A DNA stretch of 61,264 nt, filler included, from 4 parts of 4 records of this genome joined end to end with filler, not necessarily neighbours in it; one strand, 5' to 3'; shown: positions 19,278 to 29,552, counted from the first letter of the whole stretch. Notes: generated by a model not told the origin, from the letters alone. Program-made: numbers and translations.

Positions 19278-20376
19278 AGACTTTGTAGACCTGCGTGAGC
19301 CACGAGACTTTGGTGAGATGCTCTCGGCGACTTTTGCCGTCATTCGCATGGAGTTTATGCCGCTGGGCAAAGCCTTGTTGATGATTGTAGGGCCGTTCAT
19401 TGTCCTGTCCATAGTTGTTGGCGCAATGGCAAGTGTGGCTGCGGCCGGTGCCGCCACTCAGTTCGTTTTTGCGGACCCCAATAACCCAATGGACGTATTC
19501 ATGTCGGAAGCCGGTTTACTCGGAGTTGGTTCCGGGCTGATCATGCTCACGGCAATAGCAGCGATTGCGATTAACTTCTCAGTTAATTGGGTCGGTTATG
19601 AATACGTGCGCCTCTACTTTGAGCGTGGCGAAGGCAATATCCCGGTGAGTGACATACTTGCCGCAATTGGCGAGGATTGGCTTTCACTGCTGGTGGCTTC
19701 GATCGTTTCATTCATCGTTCTGATGATAGGTGCGATATTCTGTATTGTTCCCGTTTTTTACTTGCTTGTGCCGATGTCATTCCTGGTGGTGAGCCGGGTC
19801 ATGCAGCCGAACGATAGTCTTAGTGAAGCCTTTTCAGATGCATTTGCATTAACAAAGGATCGCTGGGGCAGCACCTTTGGCGTAATATTGGTTGCCAGCC
19901 TGATTGTTGGTGGAATTGGCTGGGTCTTTGCTATTCCGGAAGAGTTGTATACCGCCGGCTTGCTTGGAGCCGATGGTGAGCCGTACAACCTGGTCACCGG
20001 TGTTCTCTTGCTTGCTCTTAAAAATGTACCAACTTTTCTGGCAATCATTCCGGCAGTCGCAGCCGCAGTAGCATACATAGCCGCACGTGAATATCACATG
20101 GCCGATACACTCTACGACGAAGTCGAGAATATGGAAACGCCGGACGCATCGTACTCCGCTGACGACACGGAAGCTTATGGTGATGATGCGCAGAATGATG
20201 GCGCCGCGGCACATGACGCAGGCGATGCAGAAGACTCAGAGACTCCTGAAAGCGCAAGTGACGGCGGTACTCGCTGGCAGAAACCTGATGACCCAAGTTC
20301 TTCCGACGACGATTCTTCCGACGACGATAATGCTTCCGACGATGCAGCGGACGCTGACAAAAAAACTGACGGCTAA
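19264..20376 (+). CDS. Multi-pass membrane protein, paralog 1, with acidic disordered tail
   Basis: RDFGEMLSATF, FCIVPVFYL, LTKDRWGSTF; overlaps the SpoIIM stop; Asp/Ser-rich C-terminus. Confidence 0.8.
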   Translation: MSYSEDFVDLREPRDFGEMLSATFAVIRMEFMPLGKALLMIVGPFIVLSIVVGAMASVAAAGAATQFVFADPNNPMDVFMSEAGLLGVGSGLIMLTAIAAIAINFSVNWVGYEYVRLYFERGEGNIPVSDILAAIGEDWLSLLVASIVSFIVLMIGAIFCIVPVFYLLVPMSFLVVSRVMQPNDSLSEAFSDAFALTKDRWGSTFGVILVASLIVGGIGWVFAIPEELYTAGLLGADGEPYNLVTGVLLLALKNVPTFLAIIPAVAAAVAYIAAREYHMADTLYDEVENMETPDASYSADDTEAYGDDAQNDGAAAHDAGDAEDSETPESASDGGTRWQKPDDPSSSDDDSSDDDNASDDAADADKKTDG

Positions 20377-20583
20377 TCACATTGGCCGCCACTCAACGCA
20401 CAGTGGACCGCACAGAGAATAATCCCGGTTTAAGCTCTTTCAGTTAAAAGGGTCAAAACAGCGCCGGCTACTTCAATCGCAGGGTCTGTGCTGCTTTGAC
20501 CTTGATCTCTCTGTCACATCATGATTACACAGCCATCAAGCATTACTTTACTACACACTGACTTGGAGTAGGAGCATCTCACT

Positions 20584-21801
20584 ATGGACGATATGAGTAC
20601 AGAGCCACGCGAATCTATTCAGTTTGCAAAAGGGCGTGACGCGGGAGCCGTTTTTGGTGACTCCTGGGAATTTGTCCGTCAGGAATTCAAAGAATACAAC
20701 AAGTCGATTGTATTCACAGCCGGTCCAATTATTTTGGTCGGTATTCTCCTGGTTTATGGGACAATATACTTTGCCGCCGCTGATCAGGTCAATTCATCAA
20801 TGGGAGGATTCGGCAACGACAACCCATTTGGTGCTTACAACCAGACTGCCGGCTTTGACATGTTGGGCGGAATGCTGCTGACATTGATCCCGGGATATCT
20901 GATCCTGCTCGTGGGTGCTTACGTGGCCTATGTGGCAGGTCTGCAATACATGCGCCTGTATAATATTCTTGGTCGTGACAATTTTACCTGGCGCGAGGTT
21001 GCCTCGGAAACCTGGGCCGACAAGGGCCGCCAACTGGGTGTGCTCTTGCTTGGCTCGCTGATGACGTTTGTAGGTTATCTGGCCTGCATAATTCCTGGAT
21101 TGTACCTTATCGTTCCAGCCAACTTTGCGATGATTGACCGGGTTTTTCGCCCCGATGTTGGCATCGGCGAAGCCTTCAGCGAGGGCTTCCGGCTCACGAA
21201 GGATCGCTGGTGGTCAACATTTGTCTCGCTGTTCCTTGTATCTCTTGGGCAGATGGGTGTGCTGCTTGCCATCATGATTGCATTCATGATTTTGACCTTC
21301 CTGATCGTAGGACTTGCCTCTGTTCTGGGTGGTGAAGACGGCATCATTGGCATCATTCTGATGCTTTTGATGTACGTAATCATGCTCGGGGTGTACGCCG
21401 TTTTTGGTCTTGGGGCCGCGCAAATGTCAAAAGCTGCATTGGTCATGACGTATTTCTCGGCTCGTGAACATCACGGCGCAGAGTCCCTGTTTGAGGAAGT
21501 TGAAAACATGGATGTTGACGACGAACCAATGTCTACGGACGGTGGGTCGTACACTCCGCCTCCTCAAACTGGCAGCGCAAGCCCCGATGCCGGAACAAGT
21601 TGGCAGCGTCCGGAGACTGGCAGCGCCGACGATGGCGATATTAAGTGGAAGAATCCTCCAGGCACTTCGGATGGTCCGATTGGATCCTCTGCGGATGCGG
21701 CTGGTGACGGCAATGCAGGTGACGCTTCTACAGGCGACACTTCTACAGGTGACACTTCGGGTGACGACGCTGAAGATTCTGACGACAAAAAAACTAGCTA
21801 A
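20584..21801 (+). CDS. Multi-pass membrane protein, paralog 2, with acidic disordered tail
   Basis: RDAGAVFGDSW, ACIIPGLYL, LTKDRWWSTF; GGAG upstream; clear similarity to 19264-20376. Confidence 0.82.
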   Translation: MDDMSTEPRESIQFAKGRDAGAVFGDSWEFVRQEFKEYNKSIVFTAGPIILVGILLVYGTIYFAAADQVNSSMGGFGNDNPFGAYNQTAGFDMLGGMLLTLIPGYLILLVGAYVAYVAGLQYMRLYNILGRDNFTWREVASETWADKGRQLGVLLLGSLMTFVGYLACIIPGLYLIVPANFAMIDRVFRPDVGIGEAFSEGFRLTKDRWWSTFVSLFLVSLGQMGVLLAIMIAFMILTFLIVGLASVLGGEDGIIGIILMLLMYVIMLGVYAVFGLGAAQMSKAALVMTYFSAREHHGAESLFEEVENMDVDDEPMSTDGGSYTPPPQTGSASPDAGTSWQRPETGSADDGDIKWKNPPGTSDGPIGSSADAAGDGNAGDASTGDTSTGDTSGDDAEDSDDKKTS

Positions 21802-22063
21802 AACGTTGGCACCTTGGGCTGGAGCCTTTGGTCTCCGGCCCAGCAGTTTGTGCTATACTTATTTGCGTGTTTGCAGCAGCCTGAGCAAGCCGTTTTTGTT
21901 TGTCTCTGTGTCGTCAGCTGGAATCACATGAGAGGCGCACAGGACCACTTGAATTAAACACTCAAAATTTGATTGTCTATCAGCCGAGTTTGCCCCCCAG
22001 GCACACGCTTTTGGCGTCTGATGAAGCTCCAGTCTGAATGACTGAACAGTCGGGGTACAACTC

Positions 22064-22942
22064 ATGAAGTCTAATGAAATTGATGCGGCGGACGAGGCAT
22101 CAGAGCCTGCGCCGTACAGCGCACAATTGATCGTAAAACAGACGTATTCTACCGTCTTCCGCGAGTTCCGATACCTTTTTCCCCTCGTTGCGCAGATTGC
22201 CGGCGCAGTGTTTGTTCTGGCCGGAGTATGCCTCTCCCTGCTTGTCCTGCCCGGCGCCGATGGCCTGGGTGATGGAATCAGCAAACCCGGCAGTTTTAAG
22301 TTGATCCTGCCGACGCTACTCTTTCTGTGCCTGGCCTGGGTTCTGGTGGAAGGCTGTACGATCGGATACATAAGACTGCGGCGCAAGTTACAAGCGGAGG
22401 ACATCAGCGCCACGCTGGTGTTCGCTGAGATTCGCCGCGATTTTAGCCGCCTGGTACAAACTATTCCGCTGGCCTGGCTTGGAATAACGGTTGGCGCACA
22501 ACTCTGTGTTGTGCCGGGGTTCATCTTGCTGGCACCGCTGAGTTTGCTGGTTATTATCTATACGTCCAACCGCAGGCTCAGCTTCTCGCAGTCTCTCTCT
22601 GCCGCCTGGAGTTTACTCAAGAACCGGCATATGCCGGCGTTCACGGCTATTTTTCAGGTGCGTTTTGTTGCGGGGCTGGCGGCAGTTATCTCTATCGTCA
22701 TTGCATCTCTGCCATTGCGCTCAATCGGCGAAATGATCACGGATGAACCGCAGCCACTCATTGCGGCCATGATGGTTGTTATGATTGGCGTTGGCATTAC
22801 AATGTATCAGATTCCCTACACAATTTGTGTGCTCAAATCGTATGATGTGCTGCGTAGTCTAAAAGCGCAAGACGGGGGACATTCAGACCCAAACCTTGAA
22901 GAAGACTCCAGTCCTGACCCAAAGCCCGAAACTGAGTCATAA
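22064..22942 (+). CDS. Multi-pass membrane protein, diverged paralog 3
   Basis: FREFRYL, GYIRLR, LCVVPGFIL, SLSAAWSLLKNR echo paralogs 1 and 2. Confidence 0.65.
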   Translation: MKSNEIDAADEASEPAPYSAQLIVKQTYSTVFREFRYLFPLVAQIAGAVFVLAGVCLSLLVLPGADGLGDGISKPGSFKLILPTLLFLCLAWVLVEGCTIGYIRLRRKLQAEDISATLVFAEIRRDFSRLVQTIPLAWLGITVGAQLCVVPGFILLAPLSLLVIIYTSNRRLSFSQSLSAAWSLLKNRHMPAFTAIFQVRFVAGLAAVISIVIASLPLRSIGEMITDEPQPLIAAMMVVMIGVGITMYQIPYTICVLKSYDVLRSLKAQDGGHSDPNLEEDSSPDPKPETES

Positions 22943-23064
22943 GTCTCAGGCTCTTGGGGCCGCCGCCGCCGCGCGCAAATCCGGCGCTGCCCGCATGCAG
23001 GCACAAAAAAATCAAATGTCGCGCCGGCAGCGCCCGAACCGTACAGAACCGTACAGAAAATTTG

Positions 23065-24306
23065 ATGTTTGAGTCTTCACTGCCTGAGCAGGGCCGTGAA
23101 ATCCAGCGAATAATGACAAGTACTTCCGACACCTACATTGAAGAGTTTGAGGCGCATGTCGCTGAAGCTGCTGGAGTTCAGCCGGCCGGCCCCACCAATT
23201 GCGGTACTGCAGATCGGGGGCGGCTGCATGCTGTGTTGTATGCAAACATCTTGCGCTCGCAGCTGCTGAGTGTCTTGCCGCTTCTCATCTTGGTCTTGTT
23301 GTTTGGAGCGCAGCCGCTGCAGGCTATCTCTTCGACTTCCGGAACGCCGGCTCAGGTCTCGAGACTTGAGGCTCATAGTCTGGCGGCTTCGCGCAGCGCA
23401 ACCACCAGCGCCGGCCTGACTGCCGATCAGCCGGCACTGCGCGCATCGGAGACTCAAGAACTTCTGGCCGACAACTATGAGCAGTCCACAGGTGGCGGTC
23501 AGTATGGCTCTGAAGCTAACCCAGAATACGATCCTGAAGACGAAGAGCTTTACGGTATTGACGAGCCCTTTGATGGCGACGCGCCCTTTGACAGCGATGT
23601 CTACTATCAGGAACAATATGAAGAGGCCCGTGTCACCACTTCTACGATGCACCTGCCGGACGACGCAAGCAACGTGACTCCGCGCAGCGTCGGCATTGAT
23701 GTGGGGGAGATGCGCGCGCGCGCGGTTTATGCCTACCACCATGAATTGCCTGCCGAGCCGTCGCTCTGGGAGCAATTCAAATCCTGGTTCTGGGATTTAC
23801 TGCTTTCGCCGGTCGATGATGAAGGTGAAATGACGCTGCTGGAGCTGCTCGGCTACTTCCTGATTCTTGGCTCCATAATTGTGATTGTTCGCATCCTGAT
23901 GGGCGGCGCATTCTTTGGAATCTTTGGGCGCCGCGACCAAGTCGCGACAATTGAATTCCAGCCGGGTGAAGAAGAAGATATTGAGGATATGAGTCTGGAG
24001 AAGCTGCTCGCCGCCGCCATGGCCGAGCGCCATTTTCGCGCTGCCGTCCGCCTGCGTTTTCTGCTCGTGCTGCGCGAACTTGCGCGCCGCGATATCATCA
24101 TTTGGAAGCGCGATAAAACCAACTCCGACTACCTCAGGGAAATCCAGGATCCCGTGCTCAAAAAACTCTTTCGTGCATCTGCACGCTGGTATGAACAGGT
24201 CTGGTATGGCGAATGGAATATCGGTGCCGGCGAAGAGGAACGTATCGCCGAAGTGTTTAACAAGCTGCTGAGCCAGATTGGTAGCCGGGAGGTCATCCAG
24301 CAATGA
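23065..24306 (+). CDS. DUF4129 domain membrane protein (start uncertain)
   Basis: C-terminal FRAAVRLRFL, WKRDKTNSDYLRE, YEQVWYGE; position in the operon. Confidence 0.8.
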   Translation: MFESSLPEQGREIQRIMTSTSDTYIEEFEAHVAEAAGVQPAGPTNCGTADRGRLHAVLYANILRSQLLSVLPLLILVLLFGAQPLQAISSTSGTPAQVSRLEAHSLAASRSATTSAGLTADQPALRASETQELLADNYEQSTGGGQYGSEANPEYDPEDEELYGIDEPFDGDAPFDSDVYYQEQYEEARVTTSTMHLPDDASNVTPRSVGIDVGEMRARAVYAYHHELPAEPSLWEQFKSWFWDLLLSPVDDEGEMTLLELLGYFLILGSIIVIVRILMGGAFFGIFGRRDQVATIEFQPGEEEDIEDMSLEKLLAAAMAERHFRAAVRLRFLLVLRELARRDIIIWKRDKTNSDYLREIQDPVLKKLFRASARWYEQVWYGEWNIGAGEEERIAEVFNKLLSQIGSREVIQQ

Positions 24307-25628
24307 AAAAACTCTGGATTGCACTCCTGATTGGATTGATGGTATTTGCCGTCGTCCTGCAGCAGAACGTACCGATGCCAATCAATTGGAACCCGGACTT
24401 CCGCTCCACGAGTAACGAGCCCTACGGCCTGAGTGCCTTTTATGAAATCCTGCCGCAGCTGTATCCGGATTCCGAAATATATCGCGCAGAAATCACCGCC
24501 TTTGAGGATTCGCGCGAGGCCGACGTTCTCGACAACAAAAACTACATCTCAATCTCCGAAACATTCGCACCCGATGACTTAAGTGCGCAGGCTTTGCTGG
24601 AGCATATCGGCAACGGCAATCGCGCGTTCATCGCCGCACAGAATTTTGGCGGACTGTTTACCGAGTACCTGGGCTTCGATGTCGATAAACGCTACGCCGG
24701 TGAAAGCGCCTATCCCAAGGGCAATTACTTTGGGCCTTCCGCTGCTAGTAAACGATGGCCGCGCGCTGAGCCCGGATCCGCCGATGCTGACGACGACGAA
24801 GCCGACGCCGATGCCTCGGGCCTGGGAGCCACAGTCTACAGTCTGGTTCTGGCGACTTCCAACAACATAAACCTCATCAATCCGGACTTACGCCTCGAAG
24901 GTTCAGTCTGGTACCAGAGTGTCGCCGGTCAATACTGTTTTACAGAGCTTGAAGAAGGTATCCTGTCGCCGCAGGTGCTGGGCCGCAATCAATATGGTGA
25001 AGCCAACTTCCTGCGCTTCAAATGGGGTGACGGCGAACTTTACGTCAGCACCGTGCCGTTTGCCTTCAGCAACTTTAACATTTTGCATGCCGATGGGTTG
25101 GAGTACGCCACGCGCGCCATTTCCTATATGCCCGCGCGCGACTTCTATTGGGATGGTTATTATTCGGCCGGTGTTGGTGATGGCGGCATGATGTCTGCAG
25201 TCATGTCGGCTCCGGCACTCGCCGGCGCATTCAGGACGGCGCTGTTTTTTACCATTCTGTTTATGCTGTTCAGCGCCAAACGCCGCCAGCGCATTATCCC
25301 GATCGTCAGGCCGCCGGCCAACGCCACGCTTGGATTTGTGAGCATGGTTGGGGAGCTCTACCATCAACGCGGTGACAATCATGGCGCTGCGACTAAAAAA
25401 ATTCGCTTTCTGCTGGAGCACATCCGCAGACGCTACTATTTACGAACCAACGTTCTCGATCAGGATTTCCGTCAGGCACTCGCCCTTAAATCAGGCGTTG
25501 AGCTTGCGGATATTGAAGACCTGTTCAAGGCCATTGACCTCGTTTCCAAAAGCAAGGCAATGTCTCCTGAGCGGCTCGTCAAAGTCTGCCAAATGATCGA
25601 TTCGTTCTATATCAACAGTCAAAACTGA
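24303..25628 (+). CDS. DUF4350 domain membrane protein
   Basis: N-terminal TM helix, NWNP...EPYG, GNRAFIAA, PFAFSNF, AKRRQRIIPIV; start overlaps the upstream stop (ATGA). Confidence 0.8.
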   Translation: MKKLWIALLIGLMVFAVVLQQNVPMPINWNPDFRSTSNEPYGLSAFYEILPQLYPDSEIYRAEITAFEDSREADVLDNKNYISISETFAPDDLSAQALLEHIGNGNRAFIAAQNFGGLFTEYLGFDVDKRYAGESAYPKGNYFGPSAASKRWPRAEPGSADADDDEADADASGLGATVYSLVLATSNNINLINPDLRLEGSVWYQSVAGQYCFTELEEGILSPQVLGRNQYGEANFLRFKWGDGELYVSTVPFAFSNFNILHADGLEYATRAISYMPARDFYWDGYYSAGVGDGGMMSAVMSAPALAGAFRTALFFTILFMLFSAKRRQRIIPIVRPPANATLGFVSMVGELYHQRGDNHGAATKKIRFLLEHIRRRYYLRTNVLDQDFRQALALKSGVELADIEDLFKAIDLVSKSKAMSPERLVKVCQMIDSFYINSQN

Positions 25629-26737
25629 TGCAAAACGATTCCGGCTCAGATCCGACTTCGCCTGGAGCGCCCGCGCCAAAGGCCGATTCATCAGTCACTC
25701 CGGCAGCTACGCCTTCCGACGCTGCAGCTGTGTCCATGCCTGCGCCTCAAACCGCGCCGTCGCCGCAACCCGCGCCGCAGAAATCAGCCGCGCTCGACGA
25801 GTTAACCGAGCAGCTGGACCGCGTGCGCGCCGAAGTCGCTAAAGTCATTGTCGGCCAGGCCGATATGATCGACCAGCTCCTGGCCGCGCTGCTCGTAGAT
25901 GGCCATGTCCTGATCGAAGGTGTTCCCGGTGTCGCTAAAACACTGGCGGCGCGCCTGCTCTCGCAGACATTGTCGGTCGACTTCAGCCGCATTCAGTTCA
26001 CGCCGGACCTGATGCCGTCCGACGTTGTCGGCACCAACGTTTTTAATCCGCGTGAGTCCAGCTTTGAGTTCCACCGCGGCCCGATCTTTGCCAACGTTGT
26101 GCTGATCGATGAGATCAACCGCGCCCCCGCCAAAACACAGGCGGCCCTCTTTGAGGCAATGGAGGAGCGTCAGGTGACCGTGGACGGAGTCACGAACGTG
26201 TTTGAACCGCCATTCATCGTTCTGGCTACGCAAAACCCCGTGGAACACGAAGGCACCTACCGCCTGCCGGAAGCGCAGCTGGACCGTTTTCTCTTCAAAA
26301 TTGAAGTGGACTACCCTGCGCTCGCAGAAGAAGTTCGCATCCTCTCAGACAGCCACAATCGCCGCGGCCGGCCGCAGGTCCAGGACGTCAGTCCGGTGCT
26401 TTCGGCAGAAGAGCTGCTCAAAATGCGCGCATTGGTGCACGCCGTGCACGTCGATCCCAAGTTGATCGAATACATCGCAAATCTGGTCCAGCAGACGCGC
26501 AAATCCGCTTCGATTTTCCTGGGGGGGTCGCCGCGTGCGTCGATTGCCATTCTCGCATCTGCCAAAGCCTTTGCCGTCATGGCGGGCCGCGACTTTGTGA
26601 TTCCCGAGGACGTGCAGCGCGCCGCTTATCCCGTGCTGCGCCATCGAATTATCCTGACGCCGGAGCGTGAGATGGAAGGCACACGGCCCGATGAAGTTGT
26701 GCGCGGACTGATTACCAAAGTTGAGGTCCCACGCTAG
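25628..26737 (+). CDS. moxR: MoxR family AAA+ ATPase
   Basis: GHVLIEGVPGVAKT, RIQFTPDLMPSD, DEINRAPAKTQAAL, ATQNPVEHEGTYRLPEAQLDRF. Confidence 0.95.
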   Translation: MQNDSGSDPTSPGAPAPKADSSVTPAATPSDAAAVSMPAPQTAPSPQPAPQKSAALDELTEQLDRVRAEVAKVIVGQADMIDQLLAALLVDGHVLIEGVPGVAKTLAARLLSQTLSVDFSRIQFTPDLMPSDVVGTNVFNPRESSFEFHRGPIFANVVLIDEINRAPAKTQAALFEAMEERQVTVDGVTNVFEPPFIVLATQNPVEHEGTYRLPEAQLDRFLFKIEVDYPALAEEVRILSDSHNRRGRPQVQDVSPVLSAEELLKMRALVHAVHVDPKLIEYIANLVQQTRKSASIFLGGSPRASIAILASAKAFAVMAGRDFVIPEDVQRAAYPVLRHRIILTPEREMEGTRPDEVVRGLITKVEVPR

Positions 26738-28083
26738 TGTCAGACAGAATTCGGCAGTTTCTCGGCGCCCTGTATTTGCCTCCACGGCTGGTAATCGTGA
26801 TCGCCTGCATCGTAGCAATGATGCTGGCGGCTTACGTATTCCCAAGCCTGCTTGGTATTGCGCAGTCGCTGCTGCTGGGTGTTGTCCTGCTGGCTGTAGT
26901 TGATATGGTGCTGCTCTTCAGCGTGCGCGACGGGATTTTTGCCACGCGTACGGTCGCCGATCGTTTGTCGAACGGAGATGAAAATCCGGTCGATATCACC
27001 ATCGAAAACAACTATCGTTTTCCGGTGCGTGCCATGCTGATCGACGAAATGCCGGCGCAGTTTCAGATCCGCGACAGCAAACACTACTTCGGGCTTTCAA
27101 CCGGTGCCACCCGCACGGTGCGTTATCAGCTGCGCCCCACAAAACGCGGCGACTATGAGTTTGGTCGCTCAATGATTTACGCTTGCTCGCCGATCGGCCT
27201 GGTGCAGCGTCGTTTTATCGGTGCCGCCGAGTGTACGGTAGCTACCTATCCGTCCTTTCTGCAGATGCGGCGCTACGAGCTGCTCGCGATTAACAATCGC
27301 CTCTCAGAAGCCGGCGTCAAAAAAGTGCGCCGCCTGGGGCAGAGCATGGAGTTCGATCAGATTCGCTCCTATGTGCAGGGCGACGACTACCGCTCCATCA
27401 ACTGGAAAGCCACGGCGCGCGCCACCAATTTGATGGTCAATCACTATCAGGATGAGCGCTCACAGCAAGTCATCTCCGTGATCGACAAGGGCCGCACAAT
27501 GAAGAGCCCCTTCCGTGAAATGACGCTGCTGGATTATGCCATCAACGCCGCTCTGGTAATATCGAATATTGCCATGTTGAAGTACGACAAAGCCGGCCTC
27601 TTGACCTTCAATGACAAGACCGACAGCATTGTCAAGCCCGACCGCGGCGGCAAACATATCAATCGTATCCTGGAAGTACTTTACAACCAGCAAACCGGTT
27701 TCCGCGAGTCCAACTTTGAGTTGTTGTACACAGTCACGCGCCGTACGGTTCCGCAGCGCAGTCTGATCCTGTTGTTCACCAACTTTGAGTCGGTTTCATC
27801 CATGCGCCGTCAGCTGGACAACATGCGCGCTATCTCACGCAATCACGTGCTGGTCGTTATCTTTTTTGATAATACCGAGCTGCAAGATGTCCTGCAGGAT
27901 CGTCCCGAAACGGTTTCCGGCACATATCGCAAAATAATTGCCGAGCAGTTTGCGTTTGAAAAGCGGGAAATCGTTGCCGAACTGGAGCGCCACGGCATTC
28001 ACGCCGTCCTCAGCGCCCCCGAAAATTTAACGGTAGATACGATCAACTCCTACCTGGCCCTCAAGTCCCGCGGAGTCATCTGA
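26737..28083 (+). CDS. DUF58 domain (VWA-like) protein
   Basis: EFDQIRSYVQGDDYRSINWKATAR, DKGRTM; follows moxR. Confidence 0.92.
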   Translation: MSDRIRQFLGALYLPPRLVIVIACIVAMMLAAYVFPSLLGIAQSLLLGVVLLAVVDMVLLFSVRDGIFATRTVADRLSNGDENPVDITIENNYRFPVRAMLIDEMPAQFQIRDSKHYFGLSTGATRTVRYQLRPTKRGDYEFGRSMIYACSPIGLVQRRFIGAAECTVATYPSFLQMRRYELLAINNRLSEAGVKKVRRLGQSMEFDQIRSYVQGDDYRSINWKATARATNLMVNHYQDERSQQVISVIDKGRTMKSPFREMTLLDYAINAALVISNIAMLKYDKAGLLTFNDKTDSIVKPDRGGKHINRILEVLYNQQTGFRESNFELLYTVTRRTVPQRSLILLFTNFESVSSMRRQLDNMRAISRNHVLVVIFFDNTELQDVLQDRPETVSGTYRKIIAEQFAFEKREIVAELERHGIHAVLSAPENLTVDTINSYLALKSRGVI

Positions 28084-28233
28084 TCTGCATCTTTTGGCAG
28101 ATTTTCCGTAAACTGCCAGATGCTGAATGCTGCCTCAAAAACAGCGTGAGCATCGATCACGACCGAATTGCGGTCCAAAATTTGACAAACAATCAATGCA
28201 AATACCACGATATCACAGAAAGGGTAGATAACG

Positions 28234-28944
28234 ATGGAAGTTAATGAGATGAGCTTTACCGAGCGCATGACCGAGAAACTCGAACTCGGTGTAGAGCGCA
28301 AGGCCCTCGTCAAAAACTCGTACTTAATGCTGAGCCTGGCGGTTGTTGCCGCGATGTTCGGTGGTTGGGTTGGCGCATCCGTGCCACTTTTTGTAAACTT
28401 TTTCTCTTCATGGGTCGGCTGGATTGTCGCCATGGTCCTGATTAACTTTTTGCCTTCACTGGCCATCCGTTCGGCGCATAATCCCACCACGGGTTTATTG
28501 GCGCTGCTCGGTTTTGGTTTTGTGGCGGGCTTGGTTTTGGGACCAATACTTTACGTCGTTTCCGCGGTTTTGGGCAAGCCGGAACTCCTGTTTAGCGCCG
28601 GTTTAATTACCGCAGCGGTGTTTGGCGCGGTGACTGTTTACGTGTTTTCATCGGGCCGCAGTTACAGCGCACCCAAGGGATTAATGATGGGCATGTTCGT
28701 CGGTTTAGCCGGCGCCGTGGTTGTTAACCTGATGTTTCCAATGGGTGTTCTGGGACTTCTCATCAGCGCCGGTATCGGCATTTTTGGTGTAATCTCCTTG
28801 TTTTACTCAACGTCCGACCTGCTGCACAACGAAGCTATCGACAGTCCAATTATTGGTGGTGTCATGCTTTTTGGCGGCGTGTTTATGGTCTTCCAGTCCG
28901 TCTTGCATCTCCTGCTCGCCTTTGCCGGTGGTGGTGACGACTAG
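28234..28944 (+). CDS. Bax inhibitor-1/YccA family membrane protein
   Basis: About 7 hydrophobic helices, short acidic C-terminus (GGGDD), YccA-like size and layout. Confidence 0.75.
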   Translation: MEVNEMSFTERMTEKLELGVERKALVKNSYLMLSLAVVAAMFGGWVGASVPLFVNFFSSWVGWIVAMVLINFLPSLAIRSAHNPTTGLLALLGFGFVAGLVLGPILYVVSAVLGKPELLFSAGLITAAVFGAVTVYVFSSGRSYSAPKGLMMGMFVGLAGAVVVNLMFPMGVLGLLISAGIGIFGVISLFYSTSDLLHNEAIDSPIIGGVMLFGGVFMVFQSVLHLLLAFAGGGDD

Positions 28945-28980
28945 TCCCGATTGAAGATGTTTAATATTCGATTCTTCATT

Positions 28981-29011
28981 AACGGGTGCCCTTGGGCGCC
29001 CGTTTTTGTTT
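28981..29011 (+). terminator. Intrinsic terminator after the YccA-like gene
   Basis: AACGGGTGCC and GGCGCCCGTT arms followed by TTTGTTT. Confidence 0.75.
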
Positions 29012-29348
29012 AAGAGTCATTGGTGTTAATTGTGTTGTTTGTTTAATGCCGGCGCATGCGTGTATTGATAAATGTTGCATTATTGAGTCGTTTTATGATT
29101 GCATGAGTGCAGAGCGCTTCGCCCCTTTCAGAAAGTGGCTTGCTGTTTTTTTAATGTTAATCGCTGTGTTCACATTTTGCAGCTGCGTAGCTTGTGTTGA
29201 GTCGCGCAGTTCAAATTCACAGGTGTCGAGTTAAAGTTGATCTACAGCAAACATTCCATTCGCTTCCGGTCAGATTACACTCAGCGGTCCAATCCCGGGT
29301 ACAAAATTATAGCAATATCACTTGGCTGCGCGCCTACCAGTCCGCGAA

Positions 29349-29452
29349 GTCCCAGACCTTATATCCGCTGAACATGGATTGAAACTAACAAACTCTAAAC
29401 TAACAGGATCCAAAGATTTACGGTCCCAGGCCTTACATCCGCAGAACATGGA
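29349..29452 (+). CRISPR. Putative CRISPR array start: 37-bp repeat, 37-bp spacer, second repeat truncated by contig end
   Basis: GTCCCAGACCTTATATCCGCTGAACATGGATTGAAAC (29349-29385); spacer TAACAAACTCTAAACTAACAGGATCCAAAGATTTACG (29386-29422); GTCCCAGGCCTTACATCCGCAGAACATGGA (29423-29452, 27/30 identical); canonical ATTGAAAC end and ATCC/GGAT stem; no cas genes seen. Confidence 0.65.
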
Positions 29453-29552
29453 NNNNNNNNNNNNNNNNNNNNNNNNNNNNNNNNNNNNNNNNNNNNTTAA
29501 TTAATTAANNNNNNNNNNNNNNNNNNNNNNNNNNNNNNNNNNNNNNNNNNNN
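29453..29552. other. Artificial contig linker
   Basis: N-run with TTAATTAATTAA at 29497-29508. Confidence 0.98.

Noticed and set aside
23036-23058. GAACCGTACA duplicated upstream of the DUF4129 gene
   Set aside because: Only about two units and no stop codon involved; simple slippage is sufficient
29281-29295. Possible anti-repeat/tracrRNA upstream of the CRISPR repeat (TCAGCGG, CAATCC)
   Set aside because: Two short complementary blocks in the wrong order; no contiguous anti-repeat
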